A stretch of DNA of 64,000 nucleotides, from IMG/VR virus record IMGVR_UViG_3300008017_000012, one strand, 5' to 3'. Under the pieces are notes generated by a model, which was given only the letters and a program-made list of their open reading frames with translations, was not told the origin of the DNA and made no database searches. The position numbers and the translations under genes were made by a program. The stretch is from a virus. Positions 19,454-28,868 of this stretch are shown one piece after another. How positions within the stretch are numbered: position 1 is the stretch's first letter; each line of letters opens with the position of its first letter.

Positions 19454-22024
19454 ATGGGTTTTTCACTTTCGCCAGCAGTAACAGTTAAAGAATTTAATCT
19501 TTCCCAAAATGTAGCTAATTTACCTTCTGCAAGAACAGGACATATTATTAGAGCAGATTATGGTTATTGTCAAACACCAGTAGGTGTAACAACTGAAACG
19601 GAATTAGTATCTATGTTTGGTAAACCAACATCTTCAAATTATCAAGATTGGTTTCAAGCATGGAACTTTTTACAGTATTCATCATCATTATATCTTGTTC
19701 GGCCTATTCCAAAAAATGCATTAAATCATAATTATGAAAATGCTGGTATTCATATTTATAATAATGTTGCCACAGCTGATAGTAGAGAACTCTATAATAA
19801 AAATAAAGCAGAAGATACCTTATCAAATATTTCTGTAAATGGTAAACTTGCTTTTTATAATAAATATATTGTTCCTTCACAAAATCTTGGTATTGCTGTT
19901 TGTTCAAATAGTGCTTATTGGAATGAACCAATTGCTGATACTTATTCAGCAAAAATTGGCTCTATTTCAGTATCTGGCTCTTCAATTCCTGTTACAAGTA
20001 ATACTCTTGTTAAAGGTAATAAATTTTTATCTCTTGGTACAGGAAAATTATTTAATGTCTTAACTTCAACACCTTCTAATATTACTGTTGATTATAGTTT
20101 TTCTACTGTTGCCGAAATGAAAAAAGAATTCTCATTAGGTTATATTGAATTTATTTCTGATTCAGTTTCAGGTAGTACATTCTCTGTTATTTCAACTACA
20201 ACTTCTAATAATGCTATTGTTGGGCAAGCATATTCATTCGGCATGGATTTAGCTTATGTTACATCTATTGCAACTGTTGGATCAGAGGAAACAATTTCAT
20301 TTAGAAGTGCTGATGGAACTGCTATGGACATTGAAGCAGGTGAAGGTGTTGTATATTCTAATGCTCAAGCTAATTGGATGACTCTTTCAAGTGAATACCA
20401 AACAAATGCAGTTTCTGGTATTCCTGCTGGGTCAACTCAATTCAATGTTCAATCTGGGTTTAATATCCCTGTAGGATATGTATTTACCCTTGATGCAGCA
20501 GCTAATAATTTTACAACTTCTGTTGATTTATATTTAGAATCAGATTCCGCTTATACTGTTATTGCTGTTGATGATGTTAATAATACTATCTATCTTGACA
20601 GCCCTCTTGCTTCTGATGTTAAATATTTTAATTCCGTTGCAATTACTTCTTCATTAAATTATACTGATATTGATCCTATTACATCTTCAATAAAAGGTAT
20701 TAATCTTATTGCAAATAAATATGATTCTTCTCTTATTAAAAAATCTCGGTTAACTGCTAAATTTGCTGTTGATGGTGATACTGCAACTTTGAAACCTTAT
20801 GTTAAAGAAGATCTTGTTAGTTTTTCTGATTTGTTTGAATTTGAACCAAATTGGGCTAATGGGGAATTTGTTACTGTTGTCCTTAAAAAGAACTCTTCTG
20901 AAATTTATGAAAATGTTGAAATTCTATTAGCTTCTTATAATGAAAATGCAAGAAATAGTGATGGAAGAAATATTTTTGCTAATAATATTTTCTTCGATAC
21001 ATCAAATTACCTCTATGCTAAAGTTGGTACTGGTAAAGATGTTCAAGTAAATTCTAGTCTTGCTGCTGGTTTATTTGAATTTGAATCTTCTACTGACACT
21101 GCTTATGTATTTGATGATTTTAATCAAGCTTCAATTCAATTTGCTTATGAAGAATTTGCTGATCCTGAATCATTTGATATTAATATTCTTATTTCTCACC
21201 AACTTGATATGAATTATGCTGCAACAATTGCTGAAACAAGAAAAGATTGTGTCTCTATTGTTGCTACTTATGATTTTTCTGAACTTATTACAAAATCCGC
21301 ATCAGAAGCTACTAAAATTCTTCTAGAGAAATTTGGTTCAAGAACTGTTTATGATTCTAAAATTTTTAATACCTTTGGCACTTATTCTGCTGTTTATGGT
21401 AATATGAAATACCAGTATGATAAATATAATGATGTTAACCGCTGGATTTGTGTTGCTGGTGATGTTGCTGGCCTTTATGCTCAAACTGATAGCAATAGAG
21501 ACCCTTGGTGGGCACCTGCTGGCTCTGAACGGGGTATTATCAAGAATGTGATTAAACTTGCTTTTAACCCTAATAAACAGAATCGTGATGATCTTTATGT
21601 GAATGCTATTAACCCTATTATTAGTATTGTCGGTGAAGGTGCTGGCGTTGTCTATGGTCAGAAAACTGCTACTGCTATTTCTAGTTCTTTTGACAGGGTT
21701 AATGTCAGAAGACTCCTTATCTATCTAGAAAAATCTATTGCTACTTATGCAAGAACTGGCTTGTTTGAATTTAATGATGCTTTCACTCGCCAGCGGCTTT
21801 ATAGTGGTATTGAACCTTTTTTGAGAACTGTTAAAGCTAGACGTGGTTTATATGAATACCTTTGTATTATTGATGAAACTAATAATACTAATGAAGTAAT
21901 TGATTCTAATGCACTTGTTATTGATATTTATTTACAACCTACAAAAGTTGCTGAAAGTATCAATGTGAATGCTATCCTTACTAAAACAGGTGTTTCATTT
22001 AGTGAAGTAGTTGGAAGTTTTTAA
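19454..22024 (+). CDS. 18: Tail sheath protein (T4 gp18-like), 856 aa
   Basis: LSPAVTVKEF, PWWAPAG..RG, AINPI, GQKT, FDRVNVRRL, FEFND motifs; late promoter at 19374-19381. Confidence 0.95.
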   Translation: MGFSLSPAVTVKEFNLSQNVANLPSARTGHIIRADYGYCQTPVGVTTETELVSMFGKPTSSNYQDWFQAWNFLQYSSSLYLVRPIPKNALNHNYENAGIHIYNNVATADSRELYNKNKAEDTLSNISVNGKLAFYNKYIVPSQNLGIAVCSNSAYWNEPIADTYSAKIGSISVSGSSIPVTSNTLVKGNKFLSLGTGKLFNVLTSTPSNITVDYSFSTVAEMKKEFSLGYIEFISDSVSGSTFSVISTTTSNNAIVGQAYSFGMDLAYVTSIATVGSEETISFRSADGTAMDIEAGEGVVYSNAQANWMTLSSEYQTNAVSGIPAGSTQFNVQSGFNIPVGYVFTLDAAANNFTTSVDLYLESDSAYTVIAVDDVNNTIYLDSPLASDVKYFNSVAITSSLNYTDIDPITSSIKGINLIANKYDSSLIKKSRLTAKFAVDGDTATLKPYVKEDLVSFSDLFEFEPNWANGEFVTVVLKKNSSEIYENVEILLASYNENARNSDGRNIFANNIFFDTSNYLYAKVGTGKDVQVNSSLAAGLFEFESSTDTAYVFDDFNQASIQFAYEEFADPESFDINILISHQLDMNYAATIAETRKDCVSIVATYDFSELITKSASEATKILLEKFGSRTVYDSKIFNTFGTYSAVYGNMKYQYDKYNDVNRWICVAGDVAGLYAQTDSNRDPWWAPAGSERGIIKNVIKLAFNPNKQNRDDLYVNAINPIISIVGEGAGVVYGQKTATAISSSFDRVNVRRLLIYLEKSIATYARTGLFEFNDAFTRQRLYSGIEPFLRTVKARRGLYEYLCIIDETNNTNEVIDSNALVIDIYLQPTKVAESINVNAILTKTGVSFSEVVGSF

Positions 22025-22041
22025 AAAGTATAAAAAATACT

Positions 22042-22088
22042 AAAAAAGAAAAGGGACAATAGTTTTTTCTATTGTCCCTTTTCTTTTT
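22042..22088. terminator. Bidirectional intrinsic terminator
   Basis: AAAAGAAAAGGGACAATAG / CTATTGTCCCTTTTCTTTT perfect inverted repeat between convergent genes. Confidence 0.85.
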
Positions 22089-22135
22089 CAAGAATAAAGA
22101 CTTTGTTACCAAAATCCCATTCAGTTAATGTTTTA

Positions 22136-23287
22136 TCAAAATTCTTTAATTTTGCAACGTGTAAGAACCGTTTGATTTGTTCCATTATAATCTTTATGTT
22201 CTTTAATAGTTCCTTTAACTTTATAAGTCATTCCTTCTATAATATCAATATATTTAGAAGTAATCCAAACAAAAGTGTTTCCTTTTTCATCATTAAAAAT
22301 ATCAATGAAACTTGTTCCATAATAACTCTGAAAAGAAATACCTTTTACATAGGTTAATTCCATTTCAATTTTTTGACCAATTGTTCCAACAAATTCATTT
22401 GATTTGTTTTCTTTTTCTTTTGTAATTTCCATAGCTTTTTTATAAGCAACTATCATTGAACAAACATAACCAAACCCTTTAGCATGGGAATATCCGCAAC
22501 TTGCAAATTTTTTAAGATTTATCAAATATTCATTAGTTGGTTCTACATTCACAAAATATTCAACTACTTTTGAAACATATTCTGAATCTTCTTTATTAAA
22601 GGGAAGAGTAAAATCCCTGTTTTTGTTAAACATGAATTCTTTTACTGTATCAGCAGTTGAAGTTTTAAATTCATCATAAGCAACTGAGCCAGAAACCCAA
22701 CCATATTTTTTGATAGCTGCAAGTGTTAATTCAAGTACATTTTGAATTGGATATAATGCTTGACCAAAACTATATTCTGAAAAATCTTCATTATCTTTAA
22801 GCTCATCAATTTCTTTCAGCATACTTGCATACCAAATTAATGATTCTGCTGTTTTACCTCCGAGAAACATTTTCAAACAAGCTGAACCAATTGATTTATA
22901 TTCAAGTGTTTCAACATTTTGTATAATATAATTTACTTTACGTTCCCTTTTATGCCCACAATGATCACAAATATTATCATGATAATAATATTTTTCTGGT
23001 AGAACTTCAGAAGGAACTGTATTTAATATTGACCCAATACCTTCAATAAATTCAATTTTTGAAATTAATTTCCATCCTGAAAATTTTGGGAATTTTCCAG
23101 AAATGTTAACTTCTGAAAATTCAACATAAAAAGGATATAATATATTATCTTCATTTTTTTCTAATTTAGTATTTCCTGTTAATTCAAACTCAAACCCATC
23201 AAGACCATATTTTTTTGCTTTTTTATTTGCCTTTTCAACAAAATCTTTAATTTTAGAAATATTTTCTGTTGGGATAAAAGCAATCAT
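22136..23287 (-). CDS. Early hypothetical protein with probable C-terminal OB fold
   Basis: GGAGAG RBS before ATG 23287; CDHC motif; C-terminal FVGTIGQK...GTIKEHKDYNGTNQTVLTRCK. Confidence 0.7.
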   Translation of the reverse strand: MIAFIPTENISKIKDFVEKANKKAKKYGLDGFEFELTGNTKLEKNEDNILYPFYVEFSEVNISGKFPKFSGWKLISKIEFIEGIGSILNTVPSEVLPEKYYYHDNICDHCGHKRERKVNYIIQNVETLEYKSIGSACLKMFLGGKTAESLIWYASMLKEIDELKDNEDFSEYSFGQALYPIQNVLELTLAAIKKYGWVSGSVAYDEFKTSTADTVKEFMFNKNRDFTLPFNKEDSEYVSKVVEYFVNVEPTNEYLINLKKFASCGYSHAKGFGYVCSMIVAYKKAMEITKEKENKSNEFVGTIGQKIEMELTYVKGISFQSYYGTSFIDIFNDEKGNTFVWITSKYIDIIEGMTYKVKGTIKEHKDYNGTNQTVLTRCKIKEF

Positions 23288-23352
23288 TGTCTCTCCTTGA
23301 AAGTTTTTGTTAACTACAAAAATACAGTAACATTTATATTTCAAGTTGTCAA
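23288..23352 (-). promoter_or_regulatory. Early promoter, divergent member of the repeated cassette
   Basis: TTGACA (23352-23347), 17 nt, TACTGT, then ATTTTTGTAGTTAAC resembling the ATATTTGTGGTTAAC leader. Confidence 0.7.
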
Positions 23353-23399
23353 CTATATATTTTTATTATTTCAGATTGACAATAGATTTTTATTAGGTT

Positions 23400-23943
23400 T
23401 GGTTTTTAGAGAAATGCAGATACAGAAAGGCACCTTTCTATCCGTTGATTCTTGGCGATAACCAAAAATACTGTATTTAAGCGAATTGAAACTCTCAACA
23501 GTCGAATATACTAGGGTTGACCTTGGCTTTTCGCCAGTTTTTCTTATATGATTCTATATGAATCAATTTCAAAAAACGCCACTAATTGCATCGTATTCTT
23601 AAAAAGCAAGAGATACTTATCTTTGGGTTAGTGGTTCCGTTGTGGAATTACCTATCCACATACCATGTGCTGCGACAATTCAACCAAAGACACAAGGTAC
23701 TGATTCGGTCACCTCTTTCGAGGAATCAACGTCAATAGTTGTCAGGTGCCGACAGAGCTATCACTTTTTATTTCATCTTCTACAAGGTTGGAAGACTCAA
23801 CAGAAAAAAATAATCACATATAAGAATAGCCATTTATATTCATCCTCTTTAAAATAAAAGAGGCGTTCTACTTATAAAAAGTAGAAACCAACGCTCACCA
23901 CTCACAGCGTCCTATTACTAGATTTGTTTTATATGTGATTATC
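23400..23943 (-). ncRNA. Putative large structured non-coding RNA (~540 nt), family not recognised
   Basis: GC-richer than the flanks, no credible ORF, many helices including a 14-bp 5' stem, a GAAA tetraloop and long-range complementarities; minus-strand TATAAATA at 23956-23949. Confidence 0.65.
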
Positions 23944-23983
23944 AATGTTATTTATAAAAATAATTTTTAATATAAATAACATT
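23944..23983. promoter_or_regulatory. Back-to-back T4 late promoters forming an inverted repeat
   Basis: AATGTTATTTATA...TATAAATAACATT; TATAAATA on - (23949-23956) and + (23971-23978). Confidence 0.8.
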
Positions 23984-24018
23984 AAGATTCAATATAACAT
24001 AAAAAAGAGGAATTGTCA

Positions 24019-24234
24019 ATGAATAAAATTTATGATTACTGGAAAATGTTATCAAAAGATTCTAATAAATCATTAGATAAAGTTGAAACAGCATGGAGAC
24101 AAACTGTTGATGAACTTTCAAAAGAAGGAATAAAACCAACAGATAAAAAATATAATTCTGAACTCATTTTAAGAACTAAAAAGAAAGTTATGAAAGAAAG
24201 TAAACTTCAACAATATCTTAATGAACTTTTATGA
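24019..24234 (+). CDS. Small late hypothetical protein
   Basis: GAGG RBS; follows the late promoter. Confidence 0.65.
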   Translation: MNKIYDYWKMLSKDSNKSLDKVETAWRQTVDELSKEGIKPTDKKYNSELILRTKKKVMKESKLQQYLNELL

Positions 24235-24707
24235 AAACATTCAAACAATTTATTACAGAAAAAATATTTTATAGAGGATTATCAGATAAATATGATCCAT
24301 CTTATAAAACACATATTGAATGGTTTTCTGAAACAGAAGAATTAGCAAAAGATTATGCAGGCAATGAAGAAAATTCAACTATCATAACAAAAAATTTATC
24401 TAATAATATTATTGAAAGATCATTCCAACATGGGTTTAGAACAGCTTTTACTGAAATTAAAGCTTCTGACTTCATTTCTAGAATAAAAAATGGAATAAAT
24501 ATTGCCTTTAAAAATAAATGGATTTCTAGAGAAGAAGGAATAAAACTTTTTGATGAAATAGATAATTTAGATTTACCAAAAGGATTTAAACGAGTATTTG
24601 ATTGGTGGAATTCTTATCCACCTTTTATTAATATTTTAAAAAAAGCTGGATATAAAAGTATACATAATATAGAAAATAATATTAATACCTATGGAGTTTT
24701 TAAATGA
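24231..24707 (+). CDS. MKTFKQFITE-tagged protein with ADP-ribosyltransferase-like fold
   Basis: FYRG...WFS...LAKDYA pattern resembles the ART beta1/beta2 motifs. Confidence 0.6.
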   Translation: MKTFKQFITEKIFYRGLSDKYDPSYKTHIEWFSETEELAKDYAGNEENSTIITKNLSNNIIERSFQHGFRTAFTEIKASDFISRIKNGINIAFKNKWISREEGIKLFDEIDNLDLPKGFKRVFDWWNSYPPFINILKKAGYKSIHNIENNINTYGVFK

Positions 24708-25261
24708 TTTCTTTTAAACAGTTTATAAATGAAAGTAAAAAAATAATTGCTTATCATGGTTCAAAAGATGTAATTGATGATTTTAAATATGATTATACCA
24801 ACAAAGGAAATGATCAATTAGGTAGTGGTTTTTATTTTACAACAGATAAAAATGAAGCAAAAAGTTATGGTAAAAATGTTCATGAAGTAGAATTAACTTT
24901 AGATAATCCTATTGATGCTGAAAAAATAGGTAATCTTTCTATTCAACAAGCTAAAATGTTTATTAAAAATGCTCCTAATTATAATGAAGATCTTATGAAT
25001 TGGGGTGATGTTGATAGAGAAGGTGAAGAAAAAGTTTTAAAAACTGCATCAGAAGCTTATGCTTTCAAAAATAGAATTATTGTTAGAGCTTTGTTTAATT
25101 TAGCTAATGATTTCTATAGAGATGAAACTGAAGAATTTAATAAAAATGTTAAGAAAATTTTAGGATTTGATAGTTTATATAAAAAACATGAAAATGGTGC
25201 AATCCATTATGTTGCCTTTTTCCCCTCTCAAATAAAAATACTAAAGATTGTTCCTGAATGA
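24704..25261 (+). CDS. MISFKQFINE-tagged ADP-ribosyltransferase-like protein
   Basis: AYHGS...F...LGSGFYFTTDKNEAKSYG, typical of the ART domains of phage polyvalent proteins. Confidence 0.7.
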   Translation: MISFKQFINESKKIIAYHGSKDVIDDFKYDYTNKGNDQLGSGFYFTTDKNEAKSYGKNVHEVELTLDNPIDAEKIGNLSIQQAKMFIKNAPNYNEDLMNWGDVDREGEEKVLKTASEAYAFKNRIIVRALFNLANDFYRDETEEFNKNVKKILGFDSLYKKHENGAIHYVAFFPSQIKILKIVPE

Positions 25262-25331
25262 AATTCTTAATTAATTTATTATTAAAAAATAATGTTAACT
25301 AAATTCTATTTAATATGGAGAGATAACTTAG

Positions 25332-25691
25332 ATGAAAACATTTAAGCAATTTATATCAGAAGCTGAATATAATATAAATAAAAATGAATTAAAAGAGATA
25401 AATAAACATTTATATGATTTAGTGAAAAAAACAGATAGTTTTGAAACTACTAAAGATATGCTTGATTCAATTATACTTGCTTTAGAAGATTATGATTTAG
25501 TAATTTTATCAAAAGATAATAAAACTTTTTCTGGTAAATTATTAGTAAATAAAGGAAGTAAAGAATTTTCTTTATCTAATGTGAATAATGTTGAACAAGG
25601 AAGATTTATTCCATTTGAAAATTTAAAACTAACTGTTAATTGGTCAATTACTGAAGATGGAATAAATCTTAAAGATGTTTTTATTGGGTAA
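25332..25691 (+). CDS. MKTFKQFISE-tagged hypothetical protein
   Basis: Tag; GGAG RBS. Confidence 0.65.
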   Translation: MKTFKQFISEAEYNINKNELKEINKHLYDLVKKTDSFETTKDMLDSIILALEDYDLVILSKDNKTFSGKLLVNKGSKEFSLSNVNNVEQGRFIPFENLKLTVNWSITEDGINLKDVFIG

Positions 25692-25753
25692 TATAGATAT
25701 TCAAAGGGGTACCGGATAAGCCTCATTATATCATCTAGAACCGGATCTGTCAA
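25692..25753 (-). promoter_or_regulatory. Perfect-consensus sigma70 promoter, antisense to late genes (copy A)
   Basis: TTGACA (25753-25748), 17 nt, TATAAT (25730-25725); near-identical to 35012..35072. Confidence 0.8.
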
Positions 25754-25788
25754 GCTTTTTTATTTTTGAACTCTAATAAAGGTACCAA

Positions 25789-26616
25789 ATGAAAACTTTT
25801 AAACAATTTATTTTAGAAAAAACTTTTAATGTTGATGAAGATGTAGATTTTCTTTATAAAAAATCTAAAATGGATAAGTTCATAAATGCTATTCAGGAAT
25901 CTAATGAAGATTATATTTTTTCTACTTTAAAAGCTAATTTTATTAGTGGTGATGGTGGATATTTGTTTTTAGAAACCACATCAAAAATTTTGAGATCTGA
26001 AGATGGAATGAAAGCTCATGAATTAAATCCAGTTACATTACGTTTAGGGATGTTTCCTAATGGAAGTTATTATAAACCTAAAGAAAAAATAATTTATATG
26101 TCTTTAAACTATAATGCATTTGGTTTAGCATCGAATTCTAATTTCAATAAGAAAAGTATAGAAAAATATCTTGACCACAAATCAGAAAGATTTTTTAATG
26201 AATTTTCTTCAAAATCATTCAAAGCAACTATTTACCATGAATTAACTCATTGGATTGATGATACTTTACATAATAAATTTATCACTAAAAAAATAGAAAA
26301 AGCTAAAGATGGAGATTTGAAAGGAAAATTAGGAAGTGTTAATCATGCTAATTTTGAAATAAATTCTCAGATACACGCAATTAAACAGATAAAAAGAGAA
26401 ATGAGTCAAGAAGATTTTGATGATTTGACTTGGGAAAATCTATTTAAGAAAAAATCATCTTTGATGAGTAATTTCAAAAATTTTAAAGATGAGAAAACCT
26501 ATAATATTTTCATAAATAACTTTGTGAAAAGATTACACAAAGAAGGACTTTTACCAAAAAAAATGAATAGAATTCCATCTTGGTTAAAAATGCAAATAAT
26601 TTTAAAAAGCATCTAG
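25789..26616 (+). CDS. MKTFKQFILE-tagged protein with HExxH zincin motif
   Basis: IYHELTHWIDD and a downstream EINS glutamate. Confidence 0.65.
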   Translation: MKTFKQFILEKTFNVDEDVDFLYKKSKMDKFINAIQESNEDYIFSTLKANFISGDGGYLFLETTSKILRSEDGMKAHELNPVTLRLGMFPNGSYYKPKEKIIYMSLNYNAFGLASNSNFNKKSIEKYLDHKSERFFNEFSSKSFKATIYHELTHWIDDTLHNKFITKKIEKAKDGDLKGKLGSVNHANFEINSQIHAIKQIKREMSQEDFDDLTWENLFKKKSSLMSNFKNFKDEKTYNIFINNFVKRLHKEGLLPKKMNRIPSWLKMQIILKSI

Positions 26617-26623
26617 GAATAAA

Positions 26624-27151
26624 ATGAAAACATTCAAACAGTTTATAACAGAAGCTAATCTTTATTTTAATGTATTTGTAGAGAAAACTTTAAAGAATAA
26701 TACAATTGATATCTCACAGGCTAATGAATTTCTTACCCCTGAATATCAATATAGTGGAGTAATCTATAAAGTTCTTTTTGTTAATAAAGAAGAAGTATTA
26801 AAATATTATAATCCAGAAGAAGGAATACAAGATGCAAAAGGATTAGCTAGTGTTATTGTTAAAAAGTTTAATCCAAATAGATATGTATTTTATTCTAAAT
26901 CTTTAACAGGTTTAGATAATCTTATAAAATATCCTAATCTTTTTAAAATATCTGATGATCAAATTGGTGTTATATATTCTAAAAAAACTAATATAGCAAT
27001 TGATTTAACAAAATATGAAGGCAAAGATCCATCTATTAAAAAACGTTTATCACAAACTCAAGAAGTATTAGATTTTGAAGATATTAAAATAAATAAAATT
27101 GATGCTGTTTACCTATTAACTAATTCCGGTTGGGTATTAAAAACTTTATGA
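26624..27151 (+). CDS. MKTFKQFITE-tagged hypothetical protein
   Basis: Tag; possible ART-like fold (YSG.IYKVL...FYSKS...QEVL), weak. Confidence 0.6.
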   Translation: MKTFKQFITEANLYFNVFVEKTLKNNTIDISQANEFLTPEYQYSGVIYKVLFVNKEEVLKYYNPEEGIQDAKGLASVIVKKFNPNRYVFYSKSLTGLDNLIKYPNLFKISDDQIGVIYSKKTNIAIDLTKYEGKDPSIKKRLSQTQEVLDFEDIKINKIDAVYLLTNSGWVLKTL

Positions 27152-27768
27152 AATCTTTTAAATCCTTTATAAATGAAGAAAAAAATAGTTCTTATACTAA
27201 AGAAATGAAAGAATGGTTTCTACAAAGAACTAAAAATCACATTCAGAACGTCCAGGACTTCGCTGGTCTTGTTGAAAAAGAATTTCCAGTATATGCTAAG
27301 GGGTTAATAAAAAATACTCTTAAACACGATAAAAATAAATTTGAAGAACCTTCATTAACACCATATATACATATTACATGGAAATATAAAATGAAAGATG
27401 AAGGTAAAGAATATGAAATTCCTGAAACAATAAATGATTATGAAGCAACAGAATATCATGTAAAAACAAATGATCATCATCCTGAATATTGGACTGATCA
27501 AACTGAAACTATAAATAAAAATGATAGAGATAAACTTTCTAAACTCATAGATGGAACAAAAATGAGTAATAGAGTTATTTCAGAAATGTGTTCCGATTGG
27601 ATGGCAATGAGTTTTGAAAAAGGTGGAGATCCAAGAGATTGGGCTAAATCTAATATTAATGTTCGTTGGAAATTTTCAAAAGACCAAGAAAAAATGATTT
27701 ACAAAATTTTAAATAAAATATGGGAAATAAAGGAGAATAATCATGAGTATAAAATTAACAGATTTTAA
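27148..27768 (+). CDS. MKSFKSFINE-tagged HD-like metal-dependent hydrolase (DUF5662-like)
   Basis: H...KHDKNK...H...NDHHPEYW...EMCSDWMA His/Asp cluster. Confidence 0.65.
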   Translation: MKSFKSFINEEKNSSYTKEMKEWFLQRTKNHIQNVQDFAGLVEKEFPVYAKGLIKNTLKHDKNKFEEPSLTPYIHITWKYKMKDEGKEYEIPETINDYEATEYHVKTNDHHPEYWTDQTETINKNDRDKLSKLIDGTKMSNRVISEMCSDWMAMSFEKGGDPRDWAKSNINVRWKFSKDQEKMIYKILNKIWEIKENNHEYKINRF

Positions 27769-28285
27769 AGCAGCTGTAAGAGATGTTTGTAGACCAAATA
27801 GGTATCAATTATCTATTGGTGGTGCAGGTTCAGAAGGTGCAGGTGGTTGGACAGAAACAAAAACATTTTTATGTAAATCAGCACAATTACCTTCAAGAAC
27901 TCTTGGGCAAATTGAACTAAATTGGCAAGGGATGAAAACAAAAATTGCAGGTGATCCAACTTTTGATGATATTTCAGTTACATTTTTAGCAGATGTAGAT
28001 TTTGAAGCTAAAAACTTTTTTGAACAATGGGTTGAAAATATTTCTAATATGGCAAGTAATGAAAGAAGTGAACATCAAGAATATAAAGCTGATGTTACAC
28101 TTGAACAATTAGGTAGAACTGGTGAAATTTTAGCAAGCTATATTTTGATTGGTTGTTATCCAACATCATTAGATGCTGTTGAACTTTCTACAGAATCTAA
28201 TGATACCCCAATGGAATTTACAGTCAATTTAACTTATGACTTTTTTAGACGAAGTGACTCATCAGGTATTTCAACTGAAGTTTAA
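27743..28285 (+). CDS. 19: Tail tube protein (T4 gp19-like)
   Basis: RPNRY...CKSAQLP...KIAGDPTFDDISVTF...FEQW...GCYP...EFTVNLTYD. Confidence 0.88.
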   Translation: MSIKLTDFKAAVRDVCRPNRYQLSIGGAGSEGAGGWTETKTFLCKSAQLPSRTLGQIELNWQGMKTKIAGDPTFDDISVTFLADVDFEAKNFFEQWVENISNMASNERSEHQEYKADVTLEQLGRTGEILASYILIGCYPTSLDAVELSTESNDTPMEFTVNLTYDFFRRSDSSGISTEV

Positions 28286-28400
28286 AATAATTTAAAAATG
28301 GTTCTAATAAATTTATTAGAACCATTTTTTTATAAAAGTAATTTTTAAAATAAAATAAACTCCTTTTACTTATATAAATAAATTAAAAGGAGTTTAATTT

Positions 28401-28868
28401 ATGGCAACTACAGATTTTTTTAAAGTTAGTTCATTTATAATACAATTCAAAGATCAAAAAACACTAGAACTTATGGTGAATGGATGTAATATACCAGGAT
28501 TTACATTAGGGCAATTAGAAATTAATAGACCTGTACTTCTTGATAAAAGGCCAGGGGATAGTTTAGAATATAATGATCTAACAATTAATGTTATATGTGA
28601 TGAAGAATTAAAAGCATATAAAGAAATTTATAATTATTTAATCCTTGCAGCTAATCCTAATACAGGTGATTTAGAAATAAATGATACTGTATTCGATTGT
28701 AATATTCAAATATTAACAAATAAAAATAATATACAACATAAAATTCATTTTTATAATGCTTTTATTAAAGGTATTAGTGATATTACACTTGATTCAACTT
28801 CAACAGAATCAGAAGCTCCAACATTTACTGTTGATTTAGGATATTCATTTTTTAATTTTGAGGATTAA
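28401..28868 (+). CDS. 3: Tail completion/terminator protein (T4 gp3-like)
   Basis: NIPGFTLG...PGDSLEYNDL..NVICDEEL..YKEIYNYL; late promoter at 28373-28380. Confidence 0.75.
   Translation: MATTDFFKVSSFIIQFKDQKTLELMVNGCNIPGFTLGQLEINRPVLLDKRPGDSLEYNDLTINVICDEELKAYKEIYNYLILAANPNTGDLEINDTVFDCNIQILTNKNNIQHKIHFYNAFIKGISDITLDSTSTESEAPTFTVDLGYSFFNFED

Noticed and set aside
23642-23857. 71-aa plus-strand ORF in the GC-richer intergenic region
   Set aside because: No RBS and atypical composition; better explained as a by-product of the structured RNA on the opposite strand.
23400-23943. Group I or II intron, RNase P RNA, tmRNA, or DGR template repeat
   Set aside because: No interrupted gene and none of the diagnostic core motifs were found; the GGTTCCGT match to the fibre VR is only 8 nt.
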